64,000 nt of DNA from the human T2T-CHM13v2.0 reference genome, Homo sapiens: assembly GCF_009914755.1 (NCBI RefSeq), contig NC_060927.1. One strand, given 5' to 3'. Below, piece by piece: positions 28,357 to 45,352 of this stretch (its first letter is position 1; each line of letters opens with the position of its first letter). The position numbers were made by a program, and so were the translations under genes. The notes below the pieces were generated by a model, which was given only the letters and a program-made list of their open reading frames with translations, searched no databases and was not told where the DNA came from.

Positions 28357-29234
28357 TAAGAAATAACTTAGCAATTAGATTCAGGCTGAACAAAAAATCG
28401 CTCAAAACACTCACCTTTAGTTATAAAAGATTATCTTAACAATACAAAAATGTTCATTTAGGTGTACCACAAATTAATTGGGTTTTTTGCTCCTTCTATA
28501 GCTTGCCCAAGTGAACATATTTGTAAAAGATTTTTTTTTCTAACAAAGTAATGCAAATTCATTCTAGAAAAACTTGGAAGATACAAAAGAGTAAAAAGAG
28601 AATAATAAAAATGACCTTCTGATCCAATAATGTAGAGACAGACACTTAAAATTTCAGCAAATTTCTCTTCTTGTGGTCACTAATGAATATTCCTGGGGGC
28701 TGGGGCTACTGCTTCAGATTTATATCAGACTGAGTAAACTCATCAGGTCTGTATTATAGAGCTTTGCACCCTATCTAGCACAGTTTGGGAATACCTTTCC
28801 TGCAAAAATATTTTTTGGCTGATTAAATGGGTCCTTAATTCAATATATATATTAGGCTATAAAATTAAATGAAAATAGCACACTATCGCAGTCTTAAAAT
28901 CATGTTACCTTTAATAACTGCTTATATGTTAGGTTGTATCATATGAAATTGCCTATGTATAACAATTTTTTTTAGCAAGGGGGCAATTTGATTGCAGCCT
29001 CTATTCTATCACAAGCTTTTTGAGCACTGCAGGTGAATTTGTTTCTCTTTTATACCAACTGTAAAGCTTGGGTGATAACTCTGTAGAAGGAAATGCTTAA
29101 ACATTGCATCATGAATCCATGTGTGTGTGTGCTGCGAAGCACCCCCAAAACCTTTACAAGAAACCAATACTTCCACAAGATCTTTTGTGGAATTTTATTT
29201 TCTTTCCTTACATCTAAAAATAGCTATATTTCTA

Positions 29235-29815
29235 CATTGCTGGTCAAATAATGTAGCCATTGTGGAAAACAGTTGGGCAGTTCTTCAATAAATTACACAT
29301 AGAATTACCATATGAGCCAACAATTCCACTCCTGCATGTATGCCCAAAAGAATTAAAAACAGGTGTTCAAACAAATACTGTATCCAAATGTTCACAGCAA
29401 TATTCACAATAGTCAACAGGTGGAAATAACCCAAATGTCTATCAAGTGATGAATGGATAAACAAAATGTGGTATATCCATACAAGAATATTATTCAGACA
29501 TAAAAAGGAATGAAGTGTTGATACATGGAGGAACCTTGAAAACACTATGCTAAATAAAAGGAGCTAGACATGAAAGGACACACATTGTATGATTCTATTT
29601 ATATAAAATATCAAAAATAGGCAAATCCATAGAGAAATAGAGGAGCTTAGTGTTTGCCAGAGGCTGAGGGGCAGGTAGGTATGGAAAGTTATTGTTTAAT
29701 AGGTACAGAGTTTCCTTTTGGGATGACGAAAATATTCTGGAACTAGGTAGTGTGGTGGTTGCACAATATTTTGAATGGTAAATTTTACGTGCGTTTATCA
29801 CAACAGAAAACAGAA
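29235..29815 (+). mobile_element. L1MB-type 3' end (ORF2 end and 3' UTR), decayed
   Basis: tgtggaaaacagttgggcagtt..catagaattaccatatgagccaacaattccactcct..gaatggataaacaaaatgtggtatatccatac. Confidence 0.88.
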
Positions 29816-30739
29816 CCAAATAAAACCCATGTTTCGTTAACTAATTTAATCAGGATTCTTTTGTTTGCAAGGGATAGAATCAGACCACTTTGGTTTTTAA
29901 AAGGAGGGTGAGGAGAAGATTCATTATCTCACAAATTTGGGAAGCCCAGGGGTAGAGTTGACCTTAGGGATTGATTTCAGGAACTCAGACGATGTTGTCA
30001 AGATATTCTCTCTCTCTATCCCCACCACCTTTCCCTCCTCTCTTTGCGTCTCTCCCCCTCACTCTCTTTGCTCTCCTCCGTATGTTGGCCTGATTCTTGC
30101 CTCTTATAGGTGCCCTTTCACTGTGTGGCAGGAGAAGAAGGCAGCAGACAGCCTCTTACAGCTCCAGGCTTCCATCACCAGCTGAGGGACCCCAGATGAA
30201 GGGGGTACAAAACTGGCAAGGCGGTATTGGGTAGTGGGAAGAAAAAAGACCTCCTAACATTTCTACTTGACCAGATGCGTGATTTTGAGCAAGCTGCTGA
30301 ATCTCTTTGAACCTCATCTATAAAATGGAGATAATCATAGCATCTACCCCCTGGTGTTGTCATGATGGTTAAATGAGTTAATATATGAAAACTGCTTAGA
30401 ACTGGGCCAGGTTTACTATTTTAGTTATTACCCTCATTGTCATTATCATTATCATATGTCAGTAAAATCCAGGGGAATGACTTCATTGGCTGGTGAACTC
30501 CCCTGTTCCCAGGATGCTGGGGTTGGCAGGCTTACCAGAGACAGTTCTTACAAAAAATGAAGTTGGTTATCAGAAAAAGAGAGTAAGGGAGAAGGGCAGA
30601 AATTAACATGAGATGGCTACACATTAGCCTACCACTGTTACAGAGACTTTCAAAATCCCCACTCTCTCTGGTATAAAGACATATACACATATAGTTGAAG
30701 TTAGTGCTTGTTTCTTCAGTATGTGCCAAGCACCGTTTG

Positions 30740-31580
<841 letters not shown>

Positions 31581-33073
31581 TAAGATAAAATATTACTATC
31601 ATTACAAATGAAGCAACCGCAGTACAGAGAGATTAAAGAGCTTGCCTAACACCGCCCTGTCGGGCTGTGATTTCAGTCAGTCTGTCTCCAGAACTTGAAT
31701 TCTCAACCACTCGGCTCTGTTGCCTTCTCCTTAATAGCAGGTAAAAAAACAAGTTAATGAAAAGGTAAGGAAAAAGTTGGGCAATTTGCACAGGTGACAT
31801 CTGTGTTGGCTGAAAACAACAATAGGACTGTGGTTTTAAGAGTACAAGTATGTAACCAATTCTGTCTTAAAGCCAATGAAATAAAACCATGAAATAAAGG
31901 TTTGTTTGCAGCCCTATTATAAAGAATACATGTTTGTCAGCTTGAATAAATAGTTACACTTTCCTAAGTTTAAATTTCTCAATGCCATTGAAAACTTATA
32001 GAGACTTGAAGGCAGGAATCTTTTAAGACACCCAAGACTAACAATTCTCACATATTTCTGATCTTCAAGTAGGCATCTTTTACTAACAGGCTTAACCCAG
32101 GGACCTCAGGTTAAGCAAACAGGTCATTTTCCTTGACAATGGAAGGGTAAACATGACCCGGTGACAAGAATGAGTTAATTGTCTTCCATTGCTGATTCTT
32201 GCTCAAAGCACCTCTCTGGGTTGCAGGACAAGGCAAGTGCCACAGCTGGCAGTGAAATCAAGTGAAATTTGCGGGGTTTGGCCAAACATCCCATCCTATT
32301 GAATAAAGACAGAGACAAAACAAAAAACTGTTTAAATAAGCAAATAAGAAGAATGCAGAGGACTAGACTTATTCCCTGCATGTGACAAAAGAGAGGCTCT
32401 GCTTTATTTTTTGAGCACTGAGATAGATTGAAGTCAAGCATATTTATTTAATAATAGAATAAAAAGGAACAGCTGTGGAAAATATTTAGCAGATGATACA
32501 CAGAGAATCGCACACACAGACAAGACATAGTTACAGCCTAGACCGAAGAATGGTGCCAGGGTAGCAGAGGGTTTTTCTTAAGTTTTATTTCCCTGAAATT
32601 AAAAACAAAAAACTTTGTGATTTAAATGATAGAGTTTATAAATGCCATTTATAAAGATTCAAATAGCACAGAGGTAAGATAACACCTTTCACTTCTGAGT
32701 ACCTATTATGTGCCAAGTAATATTCTCAGTATATGAATTGATTAGTTTATCTGAATTCTATGGAGGAAGTTATTCTGACCAAGCCTGTTTTAGCAGATGG
32801 GCAATTGATGCCCAGAGCTGGGAAGTATCTTGCAAAGATCACCCAGCTTCTAAACTGGACCTGGGCAGTTAGATTCCAAAGCTTATGGTCAAAACAACTG
32901 CTATAAATCCCTGAAGTCTAGAGAAGTTGTTTAAAGAAGAAAGGAGAAGGCTGCAGTTCTGCTCCATGCCCCATTCCGCCACCACACCTCCAATCTCATC
33001 ACTGACAGAGGTAAGCAGACCAACACGTCTCTATTTTCCTAAGACCTTCCCAATTTTAAAACTGAAGGTCTTG

Positions 33074-33410
<337 letters not shown>

Positions 33411-34224
33411 AAAACTGAAAGTCTTGTTTCTCAGGACTCCCCCAGTCCTGAGCAAAAAAGGATGGTTTTTCAACTTACCAGAGGGCACATCACAGACAGC
33501 AGTTTATTTTGTATCTCTTCCATGAATATATAAGTATACTTTCAAAACTTTGTTGTGACACGTATACACACACACACATACACACACAAATGCTCCTCTG
33601 TGAGCTATTTTTCTCATGTCTCAATGTATTAGGCAACACTTTCCCTTTCCTTTCTTTTAAGGTGTCAATCAAAAAGAACTGCATATTGCTTTCATTTTAT
33701 GGATGTACATTCACTCATAGAGCCACCCTCTGTGGCTGCTCTGTAAGGGTGAAAAAAAATGTACTATAAATAAAGAGGAATAATGGTGCTATGTGAGCAA
33801 GAAAATAATACTTTAAGGATAAAATGAGGGAGAGATGGAATAATAATTTTTACATCTCCAAGAAGCAGTAACAAAAAAGTAAAGGTGCTTTAGACAGATA
33901 GTGAGCATAATTTTATTTTCAGAGAAAGGAAGGTCTCCGTGGATGAAAGTCAGGGGATGAGGAATCAAGTTCTGGTTTCCCCTTGGTGAGCTATGGAACC
34001 ATGGATGAAAGCTGCACCTCAGTTTCCATATCTGTAAAATGGGAATGGTAAATCCTGCCTAGCAAACTGGAGAGAACACATGTGAGGATCTGGCAAGTAT
34101 AAAGCACTTTGATGCATTGTACAAATATAAGGCATGATTATTAGTATCCTAAAGAATTTGCCAGAAGCTTTCATTGTGATCACTGAAGTCTGATTCAAAG
34201 GAAAACATCACAGAGGGATAAAAG

Positions 34225-34412
34225 TGTCTAAGTTTGTGATCCTCACACTGGAGCATGTGGAAGATATACCCAGGGAGATTGTTAAAAATAAAAACCTGGA
34301 GGTCTACTGCAGACTTCTTGCATTTGATTCTCCAAGAGTGGAACCTGTGCTTTTGTCACTGTAATGAGTTCACCCAGGGGATTCTGGTGCAACCATCCAG
34401 ATTTGTGAACTA
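34225..34412. mobile_element. MER5A-like hAT-Charlie
   Basis: atcctcacactggagcatgtggaagatatacccagggagattgttaaaaata..cccaggggattctggtgca..tttgtgaact. Confidence 0.6.
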
Positions 34413-36069
34413 AGGGTCAGGGCACCACCTAACGGGGGGCACCATTCACTTGCTCAGCAATGCAGATAGCAGCAGAAGGGTTGTGCAGCACCCAGCCTAA
34501 AAGGAAGCCTGGCCCTGTGACCATCAAGCCCCATTGAAAACTGTCAGAAAGACCCCTTGACCCTTTGCTAATAACAGAGATAGGGCCATGAACTTCTGCT
34601 GACCACCTGCTGTATATTAGAGCATTTCACATTATCTTTTTCAAATTTATGTTTTGGTGGTAAAATTCACATAAAATAAAACTAACCATTTTAAAGTCTA
34701 CAATTTGGTGGCATTTAGTGCTCTCACAATGTTCTGCAACCATCACCTCTCTCTAGTTCCACACATGTTACCTTTATTTAAGCCTCACAAAATTTTGAGA
34801 GATTAAATATTTGTTAATGCATTTTCGATATACAAAAGGAAAGCTAGAAGAGCTTTAGCAATTTGTCCATGATTGGACAATTAGTAACGGTTGAAGTTGG
34901 GATTCAAATCCATGCTAACCATCCAAAACACTTTCAAATACACGAGTGGCAGGAGGAACCCCCAGGATTCCATATTTTCAATGAAAATATTGAAACAATC
35001 TAGGACATTGTCACTTTAATTTCATAATGTTACTCTAAATAAATTCAGTAGGTCTAATGCTGTACCTCTCCCCACCTTTTCTCATTCCCTCCCTTTCGTA
35101 AGGCATGTTCTACATGGGTGCCCAATCACAAGTTTAAATTTAACCACAAGGTAAATCAACAACTTATCCCTGATGTACAACCTCAGCAAAGTAAAGAGAA
35201 CATGAAGAATTTTCCCAGACTATAGGTAAACCCATAGAGAACAACATATGATAGGATGTCTTCTGTCTTGGGACCCGTAAGACCCAAGTATATTAAATCC
35301 TGGTCTGCCAACAACAGTGAAGCAAACACACTTTTAGATAGGGCAGCCATGTCGTATCACCCAACTGGGACATTCTCGAAAGGATACTTAGACTGGCCAT
35401 CAGAACCACAGGCTAACCTAGGGCTGTCCAAGACAAATGAGGACATATGGTCACTTTACTTTTGGAGCCTCTTACTAGGAGGCTGAAAGGCCATCACTCC
35501 TCAGCAACATACAAAAGCAAGAGAGGAACAAACAAAGCATACTGAGAAATAAATACTTAAACAATTAAAGTCAACTAGCAAAACCCAAGCCAAGTGAAAT
35601 AGCTATGAAGATTTAAAGTTATTTGATTGCAAAACTCAGTAGGGGAGTGAGGAGTGAAGAGGAAGAAAGGATGCAAGAAAATATGGACCTGGCCAAACTC
35701 AATGAATCTCAAAAACCCGGCACTTACAAAACAAGCAGAAACATAAAACTTCAGTGAGAGCATGTACCAGACCAATTAAGTCAAACTCAAAGGGCTGTAA
35801 AAGAAAATGCATCTTGAAGCTGGAGCAAAATCTAAATGGAAATCAGATGACTTAGGAGAAGAAAAGCCAGCACATGACTCATAAAAATACCCCTTGAAAA
35901 GGAAAGTTAGAAAAACAGAGAAACATTCAAATGAAATGAATTCTACTAGTTCAGAGTCTGGTCCAACAGAAGGTTCCTCGTGGCCTGTCAAGTCACAGAC
36001 ACGGGGGGATTTGAGATCCTCTCTGCCATAGCTCCCTCCATTGAGTTGGGGAGGTTAGGCAGATGGCTG

Positions 36070-36070
<1 letters not shown>

Positions 36071-36115
<45 letters not shown>
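36071..36115. repeat. (TG)22 microsatellite
   Basis: Direct reading, uninterrupted. Confidence 0.97.
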
Positions 36116-36117
<2 letters not shown>

Positions 36118-37467
36118 CTGAGCAAGATAAATGTGGAGCTGCCTCAGGCCGCAAGTGAGTTACCTGATTCCCAGTCTCCCTGACTCCCAATTCTCAGTCC
36201 ATCTGCCTGCCAGGCCCTGCCTGGGCGTCCTGCAGTGTAGAGGCTTCCGGTCCGTGTGGGCCTAGAGTAAATACCACCTGCTCCTTGGCTGCAGGTGTTG
36301 CAGTAGCTAAGATGAACTGCAGCCCTGAGCAGTTCATCTTAATGAGGAAGGGAGGAAGGAAGGAAGGGACTTTACTGAGTACAGCAAAACTCTTTAACCA
36401 TTTTGAAAGGACTCTTGCTTTCTCTGCATGGCAGTGTTCTGCAAGGAGTATTGGCCTTTATTATTGGATTATGATTTCTTTCCCCATCCCATCTTGTGTG
36501 ATGGAGGAGTAAAGGTTTTAAAGGCATGGATTCAAGGCTTATTTTTTTCCTTGGTGGCTGAATGACCTTGGGCATATATCTTTTTATCCTAGTTTTCCTG
36601 TCTGTAGGTGGAGAAAAATAACATTTCTCTAGGTATTCATGAAGACAGAGATAACCCCTGGGAATTCCCAGAAGATGGTTTAGCACATAGTGTGTGCTCA
36701 TAATAAACGTTGCTTGTTCCTCATTACCAGAATAGGGAATAAACGGTTATAGGCACAGAGGACTTAAGTCCTTACTCAAACTCAAACAATATTTGGTAGC
36801 CAAGTCGCGACTAAGATTCAACGCTTTTGCCTTTGCCCTCAGTGTGGATGCTAACCTAGGCTATTCTGTCTCCCTGCAGCCCACCCTGTGCTCAGTGGCA
36901 GCTGTGGTGGACAGTCTCTGATGTTCAAGTGCCTGAATGGCTCTGCTCTCTGTTTTAGGGCTTTCTCTAAAACTGCAGAAGTCACTCCATTTCCAGCAGG
37001 ACAAACATGGAAGTGTGGGGTGGGAGGGGGTTCATATACTCCAGAGGCAAACACAACCTATGCAAGTCAGAAGTCAATACAAAAGGCCCTTCTGAGGTTC
37101 CCTTATATGATTAAGCCCCAGTTGCCTAGAGCAGTAACTGGCTTATTCTATACGTGTTACTGGCTTTTATCCCTTTCCTTGTCTTATTCCTCTCCACTAC
37201 CTCCTTCTGCTTCCTGGGTCTCAGATAAACCATCTGCACCCAAGTCCTTATCTTAAGCTCTGCTTTGGGGAAACCCAACTAAGACACCATTTGTTTACTC
37301 TGTCTTATGTAAGGACCCTACATGGTTTTGCTTTTTGCCTCTATTCTTAGGACTGTGAATACCTTACCCAAAGAAGAACGTGTAATAAGTTTATTGAGAA
37401 GGAACTATGTGCCAGACAATGTGCAAAGGAAAAAAAGTTAATACAAGTCTAATGTAACAAAAAAAGC

Positions 37468-37820
<353 letters not shown>

Positions 37821-38252
37821 AACTTTTCTTCTAATCGTGCTGGTGTGAGTTATATCTGTGGAAGGACAAATAAATCTACCTCTTCCTTCTTCATACAGAG
37901 AGTAAAGGGAATAGCCAACCAGGTCTGAGATTCTAATCATATTAAATAACAGACGGGATGTCATAGGCTCTGTGGCTGCTTTGCCGTGCCAGAGGACAAA
38001 GGTCCTGGGTTAGATGGTTTCTTCTAGAACAGAGCCCCTTAATGAGCCTTTGGAGATAAAGAGGTAGGTGCAGTGTTAAGGTGGGAGCTGAAGAGCTAAA
38101 AACACAAATGTTTAGGAAGAGGTTATAGGTGACTATAGGAAAGAAAAAGTTAGCAAGGTCTGGGAATGCAGCAAGGGAAAGACCCCAGGGGTGACATGTC
38201 CAGTGACAAATTTCCACAGGGAAATACCGAATGAGCCTTTAAGTACAGGTAG

Positions 38253-38692
38253 TGTCTTACTCTCTTTGTGTTGCCATAAAGGAATACCTGAGACTGGGTA
38301 ATTTATAAAGAAAAGAACTTTATTTGGCTCACAGTCCTGCAGGCTGCACAAGAAGCATGGTGCCAGTGTCTGCATCTGGTGAGGACCTCAGTCTGCTTCC
38401 ACTTATGGCAGAAGGCAAAGGAGAGCTGGGTGTGCGGAGATCACATCACATGGCCAGAGAGGAAGCAAAGCAGAGATGGGAGAAGGTGACAGGCTCTTTT
38501 TAATAACCAGCAATCACGGGAACTAACAGAGTGAGAACTCACTCACACCTTCCCCCTCCTGAAGGAGGACATTAGCCTATGCATGAGATATCTGCCCCCA
38601 TGACCCAAACACCTTCCACCAGGCTCCAACTCCACCACTGGGGATCAAATTCTCACATGAGGTTTGGAGGGGCAGATGTTCAAACCATAGCA
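38253..38692 (-). mobile_element. MSTB-like solo LTR
   Basis: tgtctta..tgccataaaggaatacctgagactgggtaatttataaag...caaaccatagca; near-TSD ggtag/gggag. Confidence 0.9.
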
Positions 38693-40355
38693 GGGAGGTT
38701 GGCTTGATTGATGTATTGTGCTGGGAGATAATTACCCTCTGCTGCCCCTAACCAGTTTTGGGCATGGGCCACACAATTGTCTTGTGTTAACCAACTCTTG
38801 ATAGGGATGGATAATGAAATACTCCACATTTCCTTCAACATGGGGCAGAAAAAGATACAGAAGAAACAGGAAATCAGAGAAGCTACTGGAAGAAAAGCAA
38901 CTCCCCCACTAAAAATACCGAGGGATCCCTGGGTTTCATGTATAGAGGGGAGGGTGAACTTGAGCCAGAATTTTCTATAAGGTAAAGAGACTCAAAAAAC
39001 TGAATTTTAGGGTCTGGGGAACACCAAATGATTGTATTACAAATTTGTTATCCCATTTAATTCTCAGTGAGGATGAAGAGGCTCAGGGGAATTAAAATGA
39101 CTGGTCTGAGGTTTCAAAGGTGGAATTTGAACTCAGCTCTGACTTCAGAGCCTCACATTACAGGCATGCTCCAATTGGCTATGTTAGACCAGAAAATGAT
39201 TCAGTTCTCACTCAGATATACCCATTCCATTTCAGACCAGGCTTTTTAAATCCCTGGTTTAAAATGGTTTTCACATGGGCTAAAAATATAAGATAAAGGA
39301 CTTGAAGATTCATCAAATTTGTTCTTCCCTCTTTTACCCTCTAATCATCAGAGAAGAAATTAGTTCTTCCTTCCACATTTTATTCATCTTCAAAATCTTG
39401 AGTGGGTCACATACATGCACACACACACACACACACAGACATACACAGAGAATCTACCTGGGAAAGTGAAAACTGACGTTGTGTATACGCCACTGCATTT
39501 CTTTGCTGATCAAGTACAGAAGGAAATGTTTGGTTGGGTGCTTGAGACTTCTGTACAGGAACCAGGGATCAGGTTGTTGAAATGATACCCATTCTAGTAT
39601 TTGAATTGTGTCAGAAAAGAACAACATGGCCTGTGGTCTTCCATGCATACATTCAGCACAATAAAAAAATCTCTTTAAGGTTTCCAACGATTTCATATCA
39701 TGGTATAGGAGAAAGCATTCATTCATTCATTCAAGAAATACTGAGTTCCTTCTATGCGTCAGGCACTGTTATAGTCACTTGAGATCAAAGCAGACTAAAA
39801 AAATCATTTCTGCTCCTGTGAAGTAACAAAGAAAGACAGAAAATAAACAATAAGAATAAATAAGTGATACAGTGTGTTAAAAGGCGATAAATGCAATGAA
39901 AAGGGGAAAAACTAGCGTGACATAAAGGGGAATGGGAATGGGTAGGTTGTGAATTGCTGTTATAAATAGGGTAGGCTGACTACGACTCATTGAAAACGTG
40001 ACAGTTGTGGCTCGAATATGGATAATACATGAACAAAACAATTAGAAAGCCTGGGGAATGTTTCTGATTCTGGCTTTTGGCATCCACATTCTGAGCTGGA
40101 AGCTTTGCCTGTCTCATGACTGTGTCTGTGAAATTCCACAGGGAGGCAGCATGTCCTAGTGATGACTGCAGCCTTGAGGGATTTCCAAGGTGACGGCTTT
40201 TGCTTCCAATTACAGAGGAGGGTCTAAGGAATCTGTCTTTGGACTGTTTGTAAAGGCACTTTCCCTTTCCTGATTTCAAGATGTTAGCTAGACGTGGCTG
40301 CATGGCTCTTTGTAACCATGACAGCAACACTTGCTTTCACATATTGAGGATTTAA

Positions 40356-40709
<354 letters not shown>

Positions 40710-42577
40710 TTCTGTAAACTTCTTATAATTTCTGGGCTTGATCTTGTTATAATGTCACCATTTCTCAGATGAGAATTCAGAGGCTCAGAAGCACATCGCG
40801 AGAGAATGTGGGAACCAGGATTAGCCATAAAGTCTTTGGAAAATCTTTGGATGCTAAGTTGATAGAAGAAAGGAATCTTTTTAGATGGGTTTGTGAAACC
40901 TAGTTGTTTCAGATTGGATTCGGTTCAGTGAATTTGAAAGCTAGAAGCTTGAAGATCAGCAACAACAGGGTGATAGTAATAACCAGTTTCATTGAGCAAT
41001 ACCAAGTGCTGTGCTAAATGCTTCACATACGCCATGTCATTCAATCCTCAATCACAGTGCTGAACTGCTTCAGATGAGGAAAAGAAGTCACTGACTGTGT
41101 GCTCACTGCATGGCAGGCATTGTATACATTGCTATATCAATGTCTCTCCCAAAATCACTTCATTTGTCAATGTAAGATGTCATCATTATAAATATTCAAA
41201 CAATACAAAATTATGTTAAGGGAAATAAAACAAAGTCAAAAATCTCTTTCCCTAATGTTAACCCCCGCCAACGTGAGAGTCTATATGTATTCTTCCCAAA
41301 TTAAAAAAGTAATTATCTGTATCTGAAGCTATATCAATGTAACAGTTGAACATTGTGAATTTTTTAAAAATAGTGTAGTATAATATGAAAATTACATCTC
41401 TTTCAATCTCACTACCTAGAAATAATTTCTTATAGCATATTTTTTCTGGCAATAGCTACTATAACTTTAAACAATATATTTATGCTTTTTGTTCTTGATT
41501 TCTCAATTTTGAAACACAACTACTCACTCCTTGCTGGCTTGTTATTACCCAACAACCTCCGATTTTTGTTAACTCTATTTTTAATGTTTTTTCTACTGAT
41601 TAATTTTGGGGCATTGAAGAGTCTATATAAATCCCTATTTTTGATATATAAAACTTAGAACATGCCAGTTAGCTTTTTAAAAAAACAAATAGATGAAATT
41701 AATGCACTTACATTTATGCCACCTCCTGTTGTTCAGCTTTCTCCTGACCACTCACCAGTCAGTTTCCCCAACTGGGAGTTAAATCATCCCCAATGTTAAT
41801 TATGTCATAATCTCATCCCTTTGGCAACCTCTTAGGAAGCCAGAACCCACACCATTTCCAGAGCAGTGGAAGGAGCCAGAAACAATGGGTGTGTGACTGG
41901 TTGGCCTCAGGTGGTAAAAGTGTCTTACAGCATAAGAAGTTGCTGCAATGTTAGGCGGGGGCTGTGGCCACACATCTACTGTGTGTTTCTGAGATTGGTG
42001 AGGCCCAAAGAATCTGAGGCTATACGTTAGTTGTGTTAGTTGTATCCAATACGGTCTGGTTGGTCCTTTTGGTGCATTAATTTCTTGTTTCATACATGCG
42101 GTGTTACCAAGCTCTTTATTAAAATGTGTTAATCTTCTATTCCATTCCTTGAATGATTCTCTAAATGTTTCCTAGAGATTCAATTTTTCTGTTTATTATT
42201 TTAGTCCTTCTCGGATTGGATTTCCTCAGAAATGTTACTGGTTTATTTTAATAATTGTAGAATATTTACGATGACAACAACAAACACTTTAGGAATGCTT
42301 TCCACATATCAGAAACCGTTATAAGCAATTTTTAACATCAACTATTTTCATCAACCCAGGATCTTGGTCATACTTTTATTTTCATTTTACAGGGAAGGAA
42401 ATGGAGGCCCAGAGGTTATCATAGAGTTGCTAAGTGTATAATCCAGGATTCATACCCCAGCCCTCTGACCGTAAAGCCTGAGCCCTTACCTACCACAAAA
42501 CACATGGTGTTGTATCTCACTTGTGTTTAGGTTTTACTTTGAAGTGTTACAATAGTAGTGCAAAAGTCAGTAGTGCT

Positions 42578-43075
42578 TGTGGGAATAAGTTTTAGCTGTC
42601 CCCCATATCCATTTTTCTATTCTCCCACAGTAAGATATCTTTTAGCTAGGCATACGGCTGTCCTAAATAAAGATTCTGCATCAAAGCTTCCCTTGCAAAT
42701 AAATAGGGGCATGTGATAAGTCCTGACCAATGGGATGTAAACTGTTGTATGGTTGCTTCAAGGGTCCTTCCCTAAGAGATAACTAAACTGCACCTGACGT
42801 GCCTTCTTTGTTCTCCCTTTCCTCTCTTGTTGAGAGGAGGGTGGCTTTGGACTATGAAGATGGGGGCCCCTCCCTAAGGGTGGTGGAATGGGGAGCTGAG
42901 GGGAGTCTTATTTCCCTGGGCACTGCTGGAATGGATCTTCCCTCCCAGAACTGAACCACTCCTACGGACTTTTGCTTGAACAAGGAATAAACTTTCTCTT
43001 GTTCAAGCTCTTGTTATTTGTGTACACTTTGTTACTATTGTTGTTACTTGCAGCCTAATATAATGTCAACTAATG
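42578..43075 (+). mobile_element. MLT1I/J-like LTR
   Basis: agcttcccttgc..ggggcatgtgataagtcctgaccaatgggatgtaa..aataaactttctcttgttcaagc..ttgttacttgcagcc. Confidence 0.7.
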
Positions 43076-45352
43076 TGGTTTTAAAAGGCTTGTTAAAAAA
43101 AAAAAAAAACAGCAGTTGTCAGGCCCATATCCTGTTCCTCAGCCATACACAACAGATTTTGCTGTTTCTTCCCACATTTGCATTCACATTTCTAAATGAT
43201 ATGCTTTTGCTGCTCTTTCTTAAGATTGGCAATATTGATTTTTTAATGGTTGATGAGGACTTTACTCTCTTAAATCTGTCCTTCCCCTTCACCCACCTAA
43301 TTAGTATAGTTCCATCACAGTTTATTTAGTTAAATTAATATTCTTTATTTACATTGATATGATTAAGTAAATATTATTCACTAATGAGACAAATAGTTAA
43401 TTTTGCTTACATTTCTTCTTCTTTGTTATCATTTTTCTTTTCAGACGTGTGAATTTTCTAAGCAATTGTGAAATTTTCCTTTAATCCTCCTATTAGATGG
43501 GTATTTTTATTTCCATTTTATAGGTGAAGACTTTGAAGCTTTTTGTTGTTGTTCCCACTCTAATGATAGTAGTGAACATATACTGGGTATGTGCATTCCA
43601 CAACAAGTTTGATGCTTACTGAATGCTCAATCGTGCTTACTACTGTCCCCACTTTACAGAGCAGGAAATTAAGGCAGTAGAGCTTACAAGACTTACCCAA
43701 GGCCACAGAGTCAGGATTCAGACTCAGGTCTCTCTGACTCTGGAGCTCACATGCATCTTAACCCTCTTACTTGGACGTGGGGTGAAGGAGAAGAGAGGGA
43801 CACAGTCACTATATTTAAAATTGGGAAGAGTGTGAGCATGAGCATACAGAATAGCTCAGACTAGTCTGATCAGAAAGGCAGCTGTTATTAACTATTGCAT
43901 GCTAGATAAATATCAGCCCAATCTCAACTAAGAACTCCTGACTTGGTCTGAGATGAAAACACAAGTTTTTGGTTTTTTGTTTGGTTTTGTTTTTTTGCTG
44001 CTGGACTGTAGATGAACCTGAACATTTTGCTTTGAAGTAAAAAAGCAAATAGAAGGTGCCTAAGGGCTTCCACTTTCCAGATAGAAAATTGAGCCTCCAG
44101 GGAGTTTAGCAACTTGCCTCCATTCCCACAGCTAAAACTGCCGGACGAGGATCTTTCCCAGGATCCTCAGTTTCCAGAATCCGGGTGTTTCTCCCTACAC
44201 CAAGACATCTTTCATGGCTGTGCTCTCAAATTTATCACCTCTACTATCTATGGGACTTGGTGGGGATATTTTCCAAGAAAAAAATCCATGCATATATAAT
44301 TAAAAAATAGAGATAATTCCATTTCCAGTCAATCTGGGAGATGACTTGGGCTTCTCATATTGACACTTCCTTAAAAGATATTTTGATACTTTGAGGGAGA
44401 CAATAATAGGATCTTTAAAATTGGAGCTGTTCCACAAAATCTGGAGACCTGTCACCAAGATAGAGATATTGGATGTAACGAGATTAATAATGAGACAGTA
44501 ATGAAGTAATGGCCTAACTCCTGCCTGTTGAGTCAGCGCCTGCCTGTGTGTAAATAAATAATGAATTACAGGAGTCACATTACCTGAGATTTACAGAACA
44601 TCTCTCAGCTGTTTGAAAAAGCTGTCTCTCCCTGAGGATAAGTCAGAGGAAGGTTTTTTTAATTATCTTGAATTATTAAGATTACCATTTAGTGGTGAAT
44701 AATTGTTTCCTATTGGACTCTCAAAAGTGCTTAATTATACTTAGAGAATAATTTGCTTGAGCTTTATAAATAAACCTGAATATTGCTGTAGTATCTTTTT
44801 TAAAACCCCTATGGGAATATGTTACTAATATAAATGAAATCAATGTCTTCACAATCCCCAGAGTAGCAGTGTATCCTTATCCCAGTCTATAAAATTAGTT
44901 TTATAATGCTTACCTCTTGGGGTTGGTGAAGGCTGAGTCACGATAAGCAGCCACTGGCTACAAACCAGCCTGTTCCAAGCACTTTACATATATTAACTCA
45001 TTACTCTTGTAACAACCGTATGAGGTGATAACTGTGATCATCCATGGGGAGATTGAAGCACAGAGGAGTTAAGTAACCTGCCTTAGTCACACAGCCACTA
45101 CAGGACAGACTTGGAATTTTAACCCAGACTGTCTGAGAGTTTCTGCAGAGCTCATACTCTAGGAAACAAGAAGGCGGTCAGATTGGCACAGATAATGTGT
45201 AATAAAATCCCGTGGGAGGCAAAAGCAGGTAGCTAGAGCAGGAGAGAATGGTTAGGTTATGGCTAATTGATTATGCTAGGTGCTAAAAGTTGCCAGAAAG
45301 TGGAAAGAGAAAAAGAACTGTGTCTTCAAAATTAGGAAAGGACTAGAGGTCT

